Source: Acidobacteriota bacterium | GTDB lineage: Bacteria > Acidobacteriota > UBA6911 > RPQK01 > JAJDTT01 | DNA length: 64,000 nucleotides | Direction: 5' to 3' | Assembly: GCA_965217775.1 (NCBI GenBank) | Contig: CBDCJH010000002.1 | Span: 4,480,001-4,544,000, forward strand | Shown here: positions 48,393-58,647 of the stretch, piece after piece | Position numbering within the stretch: position 1 is the stretch's first letter | Layout: every line of letters begins with the position of its first letter | Position numbers and translations under genes: made by a program | Notes under the pieces: generated by a model | What the model was told of the DNA's origin: nothing | The model's input: the letters and a program-made list of their open reading frames with translations, nothing else | The model's database searches: none

Positions 48393-51300
48393 CTAGAACG
48401 AGAAGCGGAATCCGATCTGAATCTGCCGCGCCGTCGCCGCCGAGGTTACCCGGCCCACCGCCGAAGACGAATGGTTTCCGTTGGGTGCGTTGAAGATGGC
48501 GTGGTTGAAAGCGTTGAAGAAGTCCGCCCGGACGTCGAAGACCCTCTCTTCTCCGAGGGCGAAATTCTTGTGCAGCGAGAGATCCACGACGGGAACACCG
48601 TCGTACCGCAGCGGATAGGGGGCACCGTTGCCCAGGGCCCGCCTTGCCGATTCGTGACAGAAGCCGGCTCCGCCGCAAAGCGACGTGTCCATGATCCGCT
48701 GGCCAGACACGTTCGGGTTTTCGACGCCGGGGGCCGTGAAGGCGCTGGTGTCATACCACCGCTCCACCGTGGCTCCGCCGCCGAGATTCCCGTCCCGGAT
48801 GCGGTCCGTGTAACGGCGCGACCGGCGACCCTGGTTCCACAGGTCGGTGCTGTAGTAGACCCGGAAGGGGGCACCGGTGGTGAGGGTGGTGATGCCGGTG
48901 AGCTCCCAACCGCCCAGCAGGGACTTGGACAGTCCGCCTGCGTTCTGGAAGAAGGGCAGCACCCAGATGGCGGACATGTAGTAAGTGCTGGAGCGATCGT
49001 GCTGCATGGGCGCACGCAGGGCGTGGCGCTCATAGTCGCGCGATCCGGACCAGTCGCCCCAGTTGCCGTTGTAGTTCATGGCCATGGCCTTGGACCAGGT
49101 GTAGCCCATGGCAAGGGCCAGACCGTCGCTGAAGCGCCGCTCCAGTTTGGTCTGCAGGGAGTTGTAGTTCATGCTCCCGTGCGGCCGCAGCATGGTGTTG
49201 GGAATGACCTGAGGATAGGGCCGACGGGCCAACTGGTCCGTCCAGGCACGGCTGGTTTCCGTGCGATTCTCGGCCGGAATCCACTCGCGAGGCCCGGCCG
49301 TGATGGTGTCGCCGGTCAGCGTGGCAGTGCCTCCTGCGACGAGAGGAACCACGTACCCTTTCGGCATGGCCACGTTGAAGGGGCTGATCTCGCGGATGTG
49401 GCGTCCCTGGTTGCCGACGTAGCCGATCTCCCACTTGGTCCCCTGGAACAGCTCGTGCTGAATCATGAGGTTGTAGGAGTAGACCTGTCCTTCCTGCCAA
49501 TCCAACTCGGAAAAGTAGCAGACGTAATAGTTGCTGTCGACCAGCACTCCATCCGCATTGACGTTACCCCTCTGACGGGGAAGGTCGATCCGTTTTCCGG
49601 TGATGAGTTCCGGGTACTCGTATCCCCGCGTTGCGGACAAACTGATGACGCCGGCACTCGGCCTCATGGTCCGAGCTCTGAGGATGCCGAACTCCTGATC
49701 GTAGGTCAGGCCGGTGCCGGCGCGGAGCACGGTCCGGTTGGTCCCGAACATGCGCCAAGCCAGACCGAACCGGGGAGCGAAGTAGCGCCACTTGGCCTTG
49801 TAGCAACCGCGGTGAGGAAGGTTCTCAAAGGGAACCGCGATCCCGTCGGGCCCCTGCCACTGGGCGATGTCGAAACCCTTGGGCATCATTTCCACCGGAT
49901 CGATCCGGTTCGTGACCCGGCTGTAATCGTACGCGCAGTAGTAATAGTCGGTGGTATACGACCCGCTGGGATGCCCCTCATAGTAGGGTGGCCGCGGCTG
50001 CTCCCAGCGAAGGCCGATGTTCAGGGTCAGGTCCGGACCCACCTTCCAGTCGTCGTTGATGAACCAATTGTAATGGCTTTGGTTGAAGTGGCCCGTGTTC
50101 TCGCCGATTCCGAGCACGTTGCCGCTAACCGCGGAGGGCGTTCCCAGCAGGAAGTCGGCCCAGCCCTCGCCATAGGTGACGCCGGCGTATTTTCCTTCGG
50201 GGGTGTACTCGAGCTGGCCCGTGGCAAAGCCGTTGAAGGTGTCGGATCCGTTTCCGTACTCCGGAATGTAGTAGTAGTGGACGTCCAGGTTCCGGACGTG
50301 CTCGAAACCGAACTTCAGGTAGTGGTCTCCCTTCCTCCAAGAGGCCGTGTACTTGAAGCCCAGGCCCCAATCCGCCAGCGGCGATTCCCTGCCGCCGCGA
50401 TAACGGGTGTAGCCGTCGGGCTGCAGGCGGGGCATGTTGGCGCCGCCCCGGTTGCCGTTGGGCAGATAGACCTCCCAGTTGTGGCCGTCGTCGAATCCCA
50501 GCACCCGCGGCCAGTTGGTGTCCTCGATGGGCCGTCCGATCAGCCACGTGAACTTCCAGATGGACTGGGTGTACTCGGTCACCAGGTTGGAGCCGATGGG
50601 GTTCACCCAGCTTATTCCGATCTGGTAGCCGCGGGACCGGTCATAGAAATAACGGTAGATGCCGTCCTGATTGGCGCCGGGGATTCCCAGATCCCCGGAA
50701 TGCGCGAACGTGGGCGAGCGTTGCCAACTGTAACGTCCGAAGATGTTGTCGTCGTTGGCGAACTGGTGGTCGACGCGGAACGAGTACTTGTCGATCCGGG
50801 TGTTGGTCGCCCGGGGATAGGCGTAGTTGTTGGCGGTCACGCCCGACTGGTTGGGGGCCGGAGGGGGCATCAACTCCATCACCTTCCTGTAGACCGCGCC
50901 CTGCATGCTGGCCGGGATCTGGTTGTTGGGGAAAGGAGCCCGCTTGCCGGTTCCTTCGGCGCGGCTTCCGGTGAAATCGAACGGATTGTAGAGCTGATTG
51001 ATGGGCCCCTTGGCGCCCGCGCCCGAAAAGTCGCCCTGGGTGATGGCCGTGGAAGGCACCGTGGCGAAGCCGGCTTGGTTCAGGTCGTCGACGAACTTCT
51101 CGTAATGGCCGTGGAAGAAGGTCTTGTCCTTGATGATGGGACCGCCGATGGAGCCGCCGCCGATGTGGTAATCAACCGGCAGCTTCTCCCGCAGGGACCG
51201 GTTCGCGAAGAAGTTGTTCGCATCCAGAGTCTCGTCCCGGAAGTAGTACCAGGCATGGCCGTGGAACTCGTTGCTCCCGCTCTTGGAGAGCATGGTGATG

Positions 51301-52040
51301 ACCGCCCCGCCCACGCGGCCGTACTCGGCCGAGTAGTTGTTGGTGATGACCTTGAACTCCTGCACCGTCTCCGGCGTCGGCTGCACCGTGGGCCGCTGCG
51401 TGATGTAGCCCATGTTGTTGGAGCCGTCCAACTGGATCTGGTTGGAATGCGAATAGAGGCCGTTGAAGGTGGGATAGCCGCCGCCGTAGGCGTAGAGGGC
51501 GGTGTAGCCGATCTCCTGCCGCTCCTGCGTTCCGCCCGTGGTCAGGTAGGCCAACTTCACCATGTCGCGGCCCGCCAGAGGAAGATCCAGGATCTTCTTT
51601 TCTTCGATGACCGCCGCCACCTCGGCATTGTCGGTGTCGATGATGGTGGACTGTCCCGTGACCGTCACCTGCTCGGAGATGTCACCGGGTTCCATGACGA
51701 GATCCACCCGGGATACGGTCTGGACCTCGAGACGAATGCCCAGAGAGGCCGCCTTCTTGAAGCCGGGCAACTCCGCCGAGACATCGTAGAAACCGGGGAT
51801 CAACTTGTCGATGACGTAGTCACCGCGGTCGTTGGTCACCGCCATGTGCGGGATGTTGGTCGCTGTGGCCGTGGCCGTGATCTCTACCCCTGGCACCACC
51901 GCTCCGGTCTGGTCCCTGATGGTTCCCAGCAACCGGGAAAATGTGGCCGCCTGTCCGTAGGCCAGCGGCGCCGCAAGCGCATGCACCACGAGCACCAGAC
52001 ACGCTGCCGCCAACCACAGAGACTTACTCCTGTAGTTCAT
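48393..52040 (-). CDS. TonB-dependent receptor (Oar-like), paralogue 2
   Basis: Same 1215-aa length and largely identical sequence to paralogue 1; start MNYRSKS after AAGGAGG. Confidence 0.93.
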   Translation of the reverse strand: MNYRSKSLWLAAACLVLVVHALAAPLAYGQAATFSRLLGTIRDQTGAVVPGVEITATATATNIPHMAVTNDRGDYVIDKLIPGFYDVSAELPGFKKAASLGIRLEVQTVSRVDLVMEPGDISEQVTVTGQSTIIDTDNAEVAAVIEEKKILDLPLAGRDMVKLAYLTTGGTQERQEIGYTALYAYGGGYPTFNGLYSHSNQIQLDGSNNMGYITQRPTVQPTPETVQEFKVITNNYSAEYGRVGGAVITMLSKSGSNEFHGHAWYYFRDETLDANNFFANRSLREKLPVDYHIGGGSIGGPIIKDKTFFHGHYEKFVDDLNQAGFATVPSTAITQGDFSGAGAKGPINQLYNPFDFTGSRAEGTGKRAPFPNNQIPASMQGAVYRKVMELMPPPAPNQSGVTANNYAYPRATNTRIDKYSFRVDHQFANDDNIFGRYSWQRSPTFAHSGDLGIPGANQDGIYRYFYDRSRGYQIGISWVNPIGSNLVTEYTQSIWKFTWLIGRPIEDTNWPRVLGFDDGHNWEVYLPNGNRGGANMPRLQPDGYTRYRGGRESPLADWGLGFKYTASWRKGDHYLKFGFEHVRNLDVHYYYIPEYGNGSDTFNGFATGQLEYTPEGKYAGVTYGEGWADFLLGTPSAVSGNVLGIGENTGHFNQSHYNWFINDDWKVGPDLTLNIGLRWEQPRPPYYEGHPSGSYTTDYYYCAYDYSRVTNRIDPVEMMPKGFDIAQWQGPDGIAVPFENLPHRGCYKAKWRYFAPRFGLAWRMFGTNRTVLRAGTGLTYDQEFGILRARTMRPSAGVISLSATRGYEYPELITGKRIDLPRQRGNVNADGVLVDSNYYVCYFSELDWQEGQVYSYNLMIQHELFQGTKWEIGYVGNQGRHIREISPFNVAMPKGYVVPLVAGGTATLTGDTITAGPREWIPAENRTETSRAWTDQLARRPYPQVIPNTMLRPHGSMNYNSLQTKLERRFSDGLALAMGYTWSKAMAMNYNGNWGDWSGSRDYERHALRAPMQHDRSSTYYMSAIWVLPFFQNAGGLSKSLLGGWELTGITTLTTGAPFRVYYSTDLWNQGRRSRRYTDRIRDGNLGGGATVERWYDTSAFTAPGVENPNVSGQRIMDTSLCGGAGFCHESARRALGNGAPYPLRYDGVPVVDLSLHKNFALGEERVFDVRADFFNAFNHAIFNAPNGNHSSSAVGRVTSAATARQIQIGFRFSF

Positions 52041-52127
52041 TCCTGTTCCCTCCTTGAAGCTCAAAAGGCTTCGAACTTCCGGCCGTTCATACCGGAAGAA
52101 CGCTCCGTGAGCGCTAATGTTGAGAAG

Positions 52128-52156
52128 TTTGTACAGGATTCGATTTGGGGAGTCAA
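52128..52156 (-). promoter_or_regulatory. Possible sigma70 promoter for receptor 2
   Basis: TTGACT-17 bp-TACAAA, with AATCGAATC in the spacer. Confidence 0.4.
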
Positions 52157-52317
52157 ACAATAAGGAGATAACGATTTAGGACCGAGTCAGACGGGCTCGG
52201 ACGGCCGCGGCAGGATAATTATTCGTTGGCTTCTTCGCCAACCTGACGCCTCCTCTTTTCTCTTTCCTCACCTCTCGTGGGCACCTTCTTTACTCTTTCA
52301 AATGATCCAGTCACCCT

Positions 52318-52518
52318 TCATGATCGGCCGTCATGCTCCGAACCGGGGTGGCGCAACTCGTCAATTGCCGCCTCGAACCCGTCGTCCTCTTCACCCGGCC
52401 AAGTGCCAAACAGAGCCCGGACGTCCGCCAACGGTTGCACGTCCTGCGAGTGCGACAAATCTTCCAGTGAAGGTGATTCCCAAAACGATTGTGATTTCGG
52501 ATCGTCAGCGTTCGACAT
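52318..52518 (-). CDS. Small acidic hypothetical protein (66 aa), antitoxin-like
   Basis: MSNADDPKSQSFWESPSLEDL...FGTWPGEEDDGFEAAIDELR; start overlaps the upstream gene end. Confidence 0.5.
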   Translation of the reverse strand: MSNADDPKSQSFWESPSLEDLSHSQDVQPLADVRALFGTWPGEEDDGFEAAIDELRHPGSEHDGRS

Positions 52519-54907
52519 AGGGCTTTCGCTCGCGGTAGAGGTCCAGCCGTTCCTGCAGTAACCGTCCCAGCGGGTTCCCGGGACGGGTGGATGCCAACCG
52601 GATCGCCTTCCGGGCCGTGGCGACGGCTTGATCGAAGTCCCCCCCGGCGGCATAGGCTGCCGCCAGGACGTCCAGCATGCGAGGGTCCTGCTCCCGGGTC
52701 ATCCGGACCACTCTGCGACCGATACGGACCGCGTCCTGCGGACGGCGCCGGGATGGATCGGGGTGAGTGGCCAGGATCCAGGCCAGCGCCGCTTGGGGAG
52801 CGGGCCACCCGGGTTGGCGGCGGGCCGCCTCCTCCAGGTAGCGGCCGGCCTCATCGAAGCGTCCGGACATGCGGAGGGCCAAGCCCAGGTTGCCCAGGGC
52901 CTCAACCGAGTCCGGCTTCAACTCCACCGCCTTGCGGAAATGCGCCAGGGCCTCCTCCATACGGCCGCTTGCGGCCAAAAGGTTCCCCAGGTTGTTGTGG
53001 GCGTCGAAGCTGTCCGGATCGAGCCGCAGGGCATTCCGGAACTGCTCGACCGCCTCCGGCATTCGGTTCCGGGCCACCAGAGCGCGTCCCAGTCCGGTGT
53101 GTATTTCCACAGACGGGAGTCCGGTCTCCAGAGCCCGGCGAAAGTGGGTCGCCGCCGCCTTGAAGTTCCCTTCTTCCGCCAGGGCGGCGGCCAGGTTCCG
53201 ATGCGATTCCATGGAATCGGGATCGATCCGGAGCGCCTGCCGGAAATGCCGGACCGCCTCGGGCCGCCTCCCCGTGGATTGGAGGACCACCGCCAGGTTG
53301 TTGTGGGCCCGGGCCTGCCGTGGCTTCAGCTCCAGCGTCTTCCGGTACCAGGTCACGGCTTCACTGGGCCGTTTCATCTGGTCGAAGACGTGACCCAAGT
53401 TGAAGTAGTAGCCCCAGAACCGGGGACTCAGGCGGATGGCCTCCTTCCACTCGTCGACGGCCTTGGACATTTCGCCGAGCCGGATGTAGCGATGGGCCAG
53501 CGTGTCGCGAAAGTTGGGATCTTCGGGATGGTCCCGAACCAGCTTTTCATAGCCCTCCACGTCGGCCAGCAGCTCCCGATGGGCGTGGTCCCGGACCAGT
53601 TGGTCCAGCCCCTTCCCGTCGGAGGCCAGGACCTGAAGCCAGAGGTCCCCCATCTCGTCCGAAGATTGGGGTCCGTAGACGACTCTCTGTGGGGGGTTGT
53701 GCGGATTGCGCAGATTATCCGCCGAATTGTCGTAGATGTACTCCATCTCCAGGGTGGTGCCGGCCGGCAACGAGATCGGGGAAGAGTAGCGGTACTCGTC
53801 CTGCCAGTTGAAATCCCAGTCCCGGATATGGACCAGCCAGCGGAGACGCCCGTCGGGCAGCCGCGCCGTCCCCTTCATCTCCCGGGCCAGGTAGTGGGCA
53901 TGGGGATAGACGCTCAGGAGCCGGGTATCCACGGGGAGGCGATAGGTGTCGCGGATCTTGTAGGCGGCGTCTCCGGCCTGGATGTCGATCACCTTGGAGC
54001 CCAGACGGAGCATGTAGGGCGTCTTGGTGGGCGGCTCCTTGGCGAAGAAGAGCCCCAGAGAGGACTGAATCGGCTCCGGCTTGCCCGTGGGCAGCATATG
54101 GAGCTGAAACACCACGTCGGTGCCGGGGTCTAGGCGCCAGGCCATGTCGGCGGGCCTCAGAAAGGGACTCTTGCCCGGCGTCCAACCCTCGAAGTGGCCG
54201 CCGGGACTGGTGGCCTGGTTGTAGAGCATGCCGTCGTAACCCGGCTCCGGGTCCTTGGCCTCGTGGGCGCGGGAGGTCCCGGTGGAGTCCACCAGGATTA
54301 CGACGTGGTGGACGATGGGGGCGTTGCCGGGACGGAACTCCACGCCTCTCACGTAACGGGTGCGGTCGACGGAACCGGGGATCACGAAGTTGCGGACCAC
54401 GTCGGGACCGTCGGCCGGGAGGGTGTAGGCCTGCGGCATCCGGATGACCAGGTCGGGCTCGCCCAGTTGCCAGCCCTGGGGCCATTCGGGTGGAGCGGGC
54501 AGGTCCGCCGGGTCCCCTTCCAGCAGCTCTTCTCGCAGCCAATTCTGGAGCAGCTCCAGTTCCCGGACGGTGAGACGCCGGTTCCCGACGAAGCGGCCCC
54601 TTCCCGTCTCGGGCAGCCAGGGCGGCATGTAGCGGTTGCGCGTGACCACCTCGATCTGGTTCGCCCGCGCCTTGACCTCCTCGTAGGTCAGGAGGCTGAA
54701 GGGGGCCACCTGCCCGGGCCGGTGGCAGGGAGCACAGCGCTTGTGGACGATGGGGGCGACGTCCCGGTTGAAGGTGACGGGTCCGGTGGGCTCCTGGGAG
54801 GGGTCGGGGGGACTGCAGGCTGCGAGGAGAACCGTCAGGCCGAGGCCGATCAGACGGGGCGGGAGGCGGGTGGATTCGAGATTTCTAACGGCACGGGGGG
54901 ATTGCAT
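52505..54907 (-). CDS. Lipoprotein with CxxCH, copper type-II monooxygenase (PHM)-like domains and TPR repeats
   Basis: LAAC lipobox, CAPCH, MPPW, IVHH, YPHAH, WDFNWQ, DEM, then about 8 TPRs. Confidence 0.85.
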   Translation of the reverse strand: MQSPRAVRNLESTRLPPRLIGLGLTVLLAACSPPDPSQEPTGPVTFNRDVAPIVHKRCAPCHRPGQVAPFSLLTYEEVKARANQIEVVTRNRYMPPWLPETGRGRFVGNRRLTVRELELLQNWLREELLEGDPADLPAPPEWPQGWQLGEPDLVIRMPQAYTLPADGPDVVRNFVIPGSVDRTRYVRGVEFRPGNAPIVHHVVILVDSTGTSRAHEAKDPEPGYDGMLYNQATSPGGHFEGWTPGKSPFLRPADMAWRLDPGTDVVFQLHMLPTGKPEPIQSSLGLFFAKEPPTKTPYMLRLGSKVIDIQAGDAAYKIRDTYRLPVDTRLLSVYPHAHYLAREMKGTARLPDGRLRWLVHIRDWDFNWQDEYRYSSPISLPAGTTLEMEYIYDNSADNLRNPHNPPQRVVYGPQSSDEMGDLWLQVLASDGKGLDQLVRDHAHRELLADVEGYEKLVRDHPEDPNFRDTLAHRYIRLGEMSKAVDEWKEAIRLSPRFWGYYFNLGHVFDQMKRPSEAVTWYRKTLELKPRQARAHNNLAVVLQSTGRRPEAVRHFRQALRIDPDSMESHRNLAAALAEEGNFKAAATHFRRALETGLPSVEIHTGLGRALVARNRMPEAVEQFRNALRLDPDSFDAHNNLGNLLAASGRMEEALAHFRKAVELKPDSVEALGNLGLALRMSGRFDEAGRYLEEAARRQPGWPAPQAALAWILATHPDPSRRRPQDAVRIGRRVVRMTREQDPRMLDVLAAAYAAGGDFDQAVATARKAIRLASTRPGNPLGRLLQERLDLYRERKPYVER

Positions 54908-54959
54908 TTCCGTTGATCAGTTTACTACCAGGCTGGCGAGGCTTTCAGGGGGGGTGGGA

Positions 54960-55056
54960 GTAGAGGGTGTAGAGTGGGGACTAGCGTCCCCCCTTGACCC
55001 CCCGACAGGGCGACAAGAAAGTCGCCTGCTATTCGGCGACAAGAAAGTCGCCACGC
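54960..55056. repeat. REP-like palindromes
   Basis: GGCGACAAGAAAGTCGCC twice, plus GGGGACTAGCGTCCCC. Confidence 0.6.
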
Positions 55057-56286
55057 CTACTTGGCGTCTCTTTCTTTCAGGTGGAGCCAGATCATGGAGA
55101 TGAGGCCCAGCAGGCCCAGGATTGAGGAGACGCCGAAGACCCAGGAACCCAGGCCGGCCTGGCTGAAGAGCCAGGCGCCCACCAGGGGCGCCGCCAGACC
55201 CCGGAAGCCGGTCAGCGCCACGTGGACGGTGTTGTAGAGAACCACCTGCCGGGGACGGGCGAAGTAGAGCGATCCGGTGGTCCAGACGATCTGATTCCCG
55301 CTGTTGGTCACGCCCTGGATCAGGCTGCCCACCAGGAAGGGCCAGATCAGCAGGTGCAACCCGCCGAAACAGTAGAGGGCGTTGACGGCGGCCATGAAGA
55401 AACTGAAGACGGCGCGCCCCTGCATGGGATTCACGCGGTCCAGGAAGCGGCCCCAGAGGGGCGAGGAGACGGGCTGGAGGACCTGGGGCAGGACCGCCAC
55501 GGCCAGTCCCATGGCCCACACCGGCGCGTCGAGGGACTCCCGCATGACCTCGGCCACCAGCACCATGGACATGAAGTTCCCCCAACCCGTGGAGAAGAAG
55601 GCCGCCTCGTACAAGAGGAAGCTCCGGTCCGAAAGGAGGGCCTTGAGCCCTTCCCTCAACGCCGTGGAGTAACGGGTGGAACCGTCGGACAGGGCCTGCG
55701 CCCGGGCCGGGATCCGGATCTTTCCGTAAAACCAGGCGGAGCAGATCAGGAGGACTCCCGCCAGAACGTAGACGATCCCGTAGAGGGCGCCGCCGGCGTC
55801 GATGAGCCAGGTTCCGGCCACGGTGGCCAATCCGCCCGCGACGAACGCGATTCCCTTGAGCCAACCCACGGCCAGTGACCGGTGGGAGTCCGGATAGAAG
55901 ATCCGGTAGAGGCTCATTTCCGTGAGGCGAGTGGGAACGGCCACCAGGTAGGCCAAGCTCACGACCAAGACGAAAGCCGTGGCGTCGGACACCAGGGCGA
56001 CACCGGCCAGGGCCACGCCGGCCACCATGTTGGGCCAGACCACCAGGCGCTGGAGACCGGCTTGGCGACCCAGATAGGCCCATCCGGGAGCCAACAGTCC
56101 CGACATGCCCCAGATGCATCCCAGGACCGTCAACTGCCAGAGTTCGCCGTCCAATACGGTCTTGAGGACGACCCAGCTCAGCGGCAGCAGGGCGACAAAG
56201 GCACCCCGGCCGATGCTGTAGAGGCTCTCGTAGTAGAGAGCCGGACGGCTGCGGTAGGGGACCGTCCGGAGGTAGCGCCGGAGCAT
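55057..56286 (-). CDS. MFS transporter
   Basis: About 12 hydrophobic helices; WGRFLDRVNP loop motif. Confidence 0.8.
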   Translation of the reverse strand: MLRRYLRTVPYRSRPALYYESLYSIGRGAFVALLPLSWVVLKTVLDGELWQLTVLGCIWGMSGLLAPGWAYLGRQAGLQRLVVWPNMVAGVALAGVALVSDATAFVLVVSLAYLVAVPTRLTEMSLYRIFYPDSHRSLAVGWLKGIAFVAGGLATVAGTWLIDAGGALYGIVYVLAGVLLICSAWFYGKIRIPARAQALSDGSTRYSTALREGLKALLSDRSFLLYEAAFFSTGWGNFMSMVLVAEVMRESLDAPVWAMGLAVAVLPQVLQPVSSPLWGRFLDRVNPMQGRAVFSFFMAAVNALYCFGGLHLLIWPFLVGSLIQGVTNSGNQIVWTTGSLYFARPRQVVLYNTVHVALTGFRGLAAPLVGAWLFSQAGLGSWVFGVSSILGLLGLISMIWLHLKERDAK

Positions 56287-56362
56287 GAACCGCAGAATAC
56301 AGGAGTGCTTCTCAGATTTGGGGGGTTTTCGGGAAAGATCTGAGCCGATAGGATTACGCGGC

Positions 56363-57565
56363 ATGAGACGAGGTCTTTCCGTCGCGTGTTCAGTGTTGGT
56401 CTTGACGGTTTCGGTTGCGGTCCCGGCAGAGCGGCACAAAGTCGTGGCTCCGCCGGGGACGGGGATGGGACTTCCCTTCAGTCCGGCGATCGAGGCGGAC
56501 GGATTTCTCTATCTCTCCGGCGCCTTGGGAAATACGCCGGGGACCCGCGAGGTCAAAGGGGACATTCGGGTCCAGACTCGTCAGACTCTCAAGAATCTGG
56601 GAACCGTCCTGAAGGCGGCGGGAATGAGCTTCGCCGACGTGGTCAGCGCCAACGTGTTCCTCTCGGACACTCGCCTGTTTTCGTCGTTCAACGAAGTCTA
56701 CCGGGAGTATTTTCCCGAGAATCCGCCGGCGCGGGCCACGGTGGAAGGGGCCATCGTCTTTCCCAAGGCGGTGGTGGAGATCGCCCTGGTGGCCGCACGG
56801 CCCGAACGGGGGAAGACCATCGTCACGCCGAGCAGTTGGAAGCGTCCGGGCTCCCCATCCAGTTGGGGGGTGCTGGCCGGCGACACTTTGTTCGTCTCGG
56901 GCATCATCAGCAGCGATCCGGTCACCGGGAAGTCGAAGGCTGGCGACGTCTCTTCCCAGACCCGCACCGTGCTGGAGAATGTCGGGGCCATCCTGCGGGA
57001 GGCCGGAATGGACTATGGGGACGTGGTCTCCTCCAAGGTCTTTCTGGCCGATTCGCGCGACTTTTCCGAAATGAACCGGGTCTACCGCTCCTTCTTCCCC
57101 AAAGACCCTCCGGCCCGGGCCACCAGCCAGACCAGGCTCATGCACCAGGATTGGAAGGTGGAGATCCAGTGCGTCGCGGTGCGGGGAGGCGCCCGGCAGG
57201 TGGTGGCCGCGGCGGGCGAACCCCTTCCGGCCAGTCCCTACTCCCCGGGAATCCGAGCCGGCGGACGGCTCTACCTGGCGGGTATGGTGGGCCGGGGAAA
57301 GACCGGCTGGGCCGACGGGATCGAGGCCCAGACCCGGCAGACCCTGGAGAATCTCCATGCGGTCCTGACCCAGGCGGGACTGGACTTCGGCCACGTGGTG
57401 GAAGCCACCGTCTATTTGTCCGACATCCGCTATTACGGCCAGATGAATCAAGTCTACAAGACGGTCTTCCCCGGAGCGCCTCCGGCCCGGGCCACCTTCG
57501 GCTCGGTGCTGATGTCTCCCGATGCCCTGGTGGAGATCATGATGACGGCCCACGAGGCTCCGTAA
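56363..57565 (+). CDS. Exported protein with three tandem RidA/YjgF domains
   Basis: Signal peptide; three repeats of LYLSG...QTRQTLxN...PPARAT...VEI. Confidence 0.88.
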   Translation: MRRGLSVACSVLVLTVSVAVPAERHKVVAPPGTGMGLPFSPAIEADGFLYLSGALGNTPGTREVKGDIRVQTRQTLKNLGTVLKAAGMSFADVVSANVFLSDTRLFSSFNEVYREYFPENPPARATVEGAIVFPKAVVEIALVAARPERGKTIVTPSSWKRPGSPSSWGVLAGDTLFVSGIISSDPVTGKSKAGDVSSQTRTVLENVGAILREAGMDYGDVVSSKVFLADSRDFSEMNRVYRSFFPKDPPARATSQTRLMHQDWKVEIQCVAVRGGARQVVAAAGEPLPASPYSPGIRAGGRLYLAGMVGRGKTGWADGIEAQTRQTLENLHAVLTQAGLDFGHVVEATVYLSDIRYYGQMNQVYKTVFPGAPPARATFGSVLMSPDALVEIMMTAHEAP

Positions 57566-57617
57566 CGAACTTCGGGGGAGGGCTTCGGAGCGGAATTCAC
57601 TCTTCGCGAGGTGACAG

Positions 57618-58235
57618 GTGAAAGCGACGATCCTCTCCTTCTCCGGCAAACAGGATCTGCTCGAGGGCTTGGTCGGCGCCGGGGCCATCCTGTTGGGAGC
57701 GGAAGTGCAGCGCCGTTACGGCCTGCGAACTCCCGTTTTCATCGATCTTCGAACCGCCGTCTACACCGATCTGGCTCTCTTCTCACTTCTGGGCTCCAGT
57801 TTCGCCGAGATCCTGGAGAGATGGTCGACGCCCGAGACGCCCCAACAGGTGATCGGAGTCCCGGACACTGGCATCCCTCTCGCCACGGCGACCTCCCTGG
57901 CCAGCCTCCGGGAAGGGCGGGAACCCTTCATCACGCTCTCGGTGTTGCGAAAGCAGGCGCGAGTCTATCCCGGCGAGATCGTCTCCGAATTCGTGGGCAG
58001 GCCGGACCCGAGCCGGGAAGCCAATCTGATCGACGACGTCATCGCGTCCGGAGGCAGCCTTCGGCGGGCGGTGACACGCCTGAATGAATTGGAGATCCCG
58101 GTCGGACGCATCGTGGTCTGCGTCGACCGGGAGCAGGGGGGCGTCGACGCTCTGGCCGACCTGGGGATTCCCATCTACGCCCTGTTCAATCTCGCGGAGA
58201 TCGGAGCCTTTTGCAAGGAGCGGAAGCTGATCTGA
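57618..58235 (+). CDS. pyrE: Orotate phosphoribosyltransferase-like PRTase
   Basis: TPVFIDLR, IGVPDTGIPLA, LRKQ, PRPP loop LIDDVIASGGSL, VDREQGG. Confidence 0.65.
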   Translation: MKATILSFSGKQDLLEGLVGAGAILLGAEVQRRYGLRTPVFIDLRTAVYTDLALFSLLGSSFAEILERWSTPETPQQVIGVPDTGIPLATATSLASLREGREPFITLSVLRKQARVYPGEIVSEFVGRPDPSREANLIDDVIASGGSLRRAVTRLNELEIPVGRIVVCVDREQGGVDALADLGIPIYALFNLAEIGAFCKERKLI

Positions 58236-58254
58236 GGAGCTTTCCCACCGGCCG

Positions 58255-58428
58255 GAGCGGCGGTTTCCAGCCGCCGACAGGAGGGGCGGTTTCCAGCCGC
58301 CCCGGAACAGCGGTTTCCAGCCGCCGACGGGAGGGGCGGTTTCCAGCCGCCCCGGAACAGCGGTTTCCAGCCGCCGACGGGAGGGGCGGTTTCCAGCCGC
58401 CCCGGAACAGCGGTTTCCAACCGCCGGA
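58255..58428. repeat. Tandem REP array, 50-bp period, 7 copies of GCGGTTTCCAGCCGCC
   Basis: CGGTTTCCAG recurs at 58261, 58311, 58361 and 58411 with interleaved copies. Confidence 0.9.
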
Positions 58429-58494
58429 CTCCCATTCACGTTGGAAAACGAAAGATTGGGGGACAAGAATGTCCCCTCCGGTATCTGTGGGGGA

Positions 58495-58647
58495 CTATGA
58501 CTTGTCTTGGATTGGCCGGTTCCCGGGGCTGGAATCGGAGCCCTGCTTCTTCTTCAGTTGAAGGTAAGCTCCCGTGCAATACCCGCCGACGCAGGAGGCC
58601 AACACGGCTCCGAACCAGGCAATTCCGATCAGGATGTCATTGATCAT
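58495..58647 (-). CDS. 50-aa membrane microprotein (absent from the ORF track)
   Basis: MINDILIGIAWFGAVLASCVGGYCTGAYLQLKKKQ...; ATGA overlap with the upstream stop. Confidence 0.5.
   Translation of the reverse strand: MINDILIGIAWFGAVLASCVGGYCTGAYLQLKKKQGSDSSPGNRPIQDKS

Noticed and set aside
48471-52163. 1230-aa plus-strand ORF (and similar long antisense ORFs such as 44422..46305, 32353..34206 and 26782..28524)
   Set aside because: These are shadow frames of real genes, caused by high-GC codon bias, and have no recognisable motifs.
58255-58428. Possible CRISPR array
   Set aside because: The intervening sequences are short and themselves repeated (50-bp period), there are no unique spacers, and no cas genes are present. 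It is a REP tandem.
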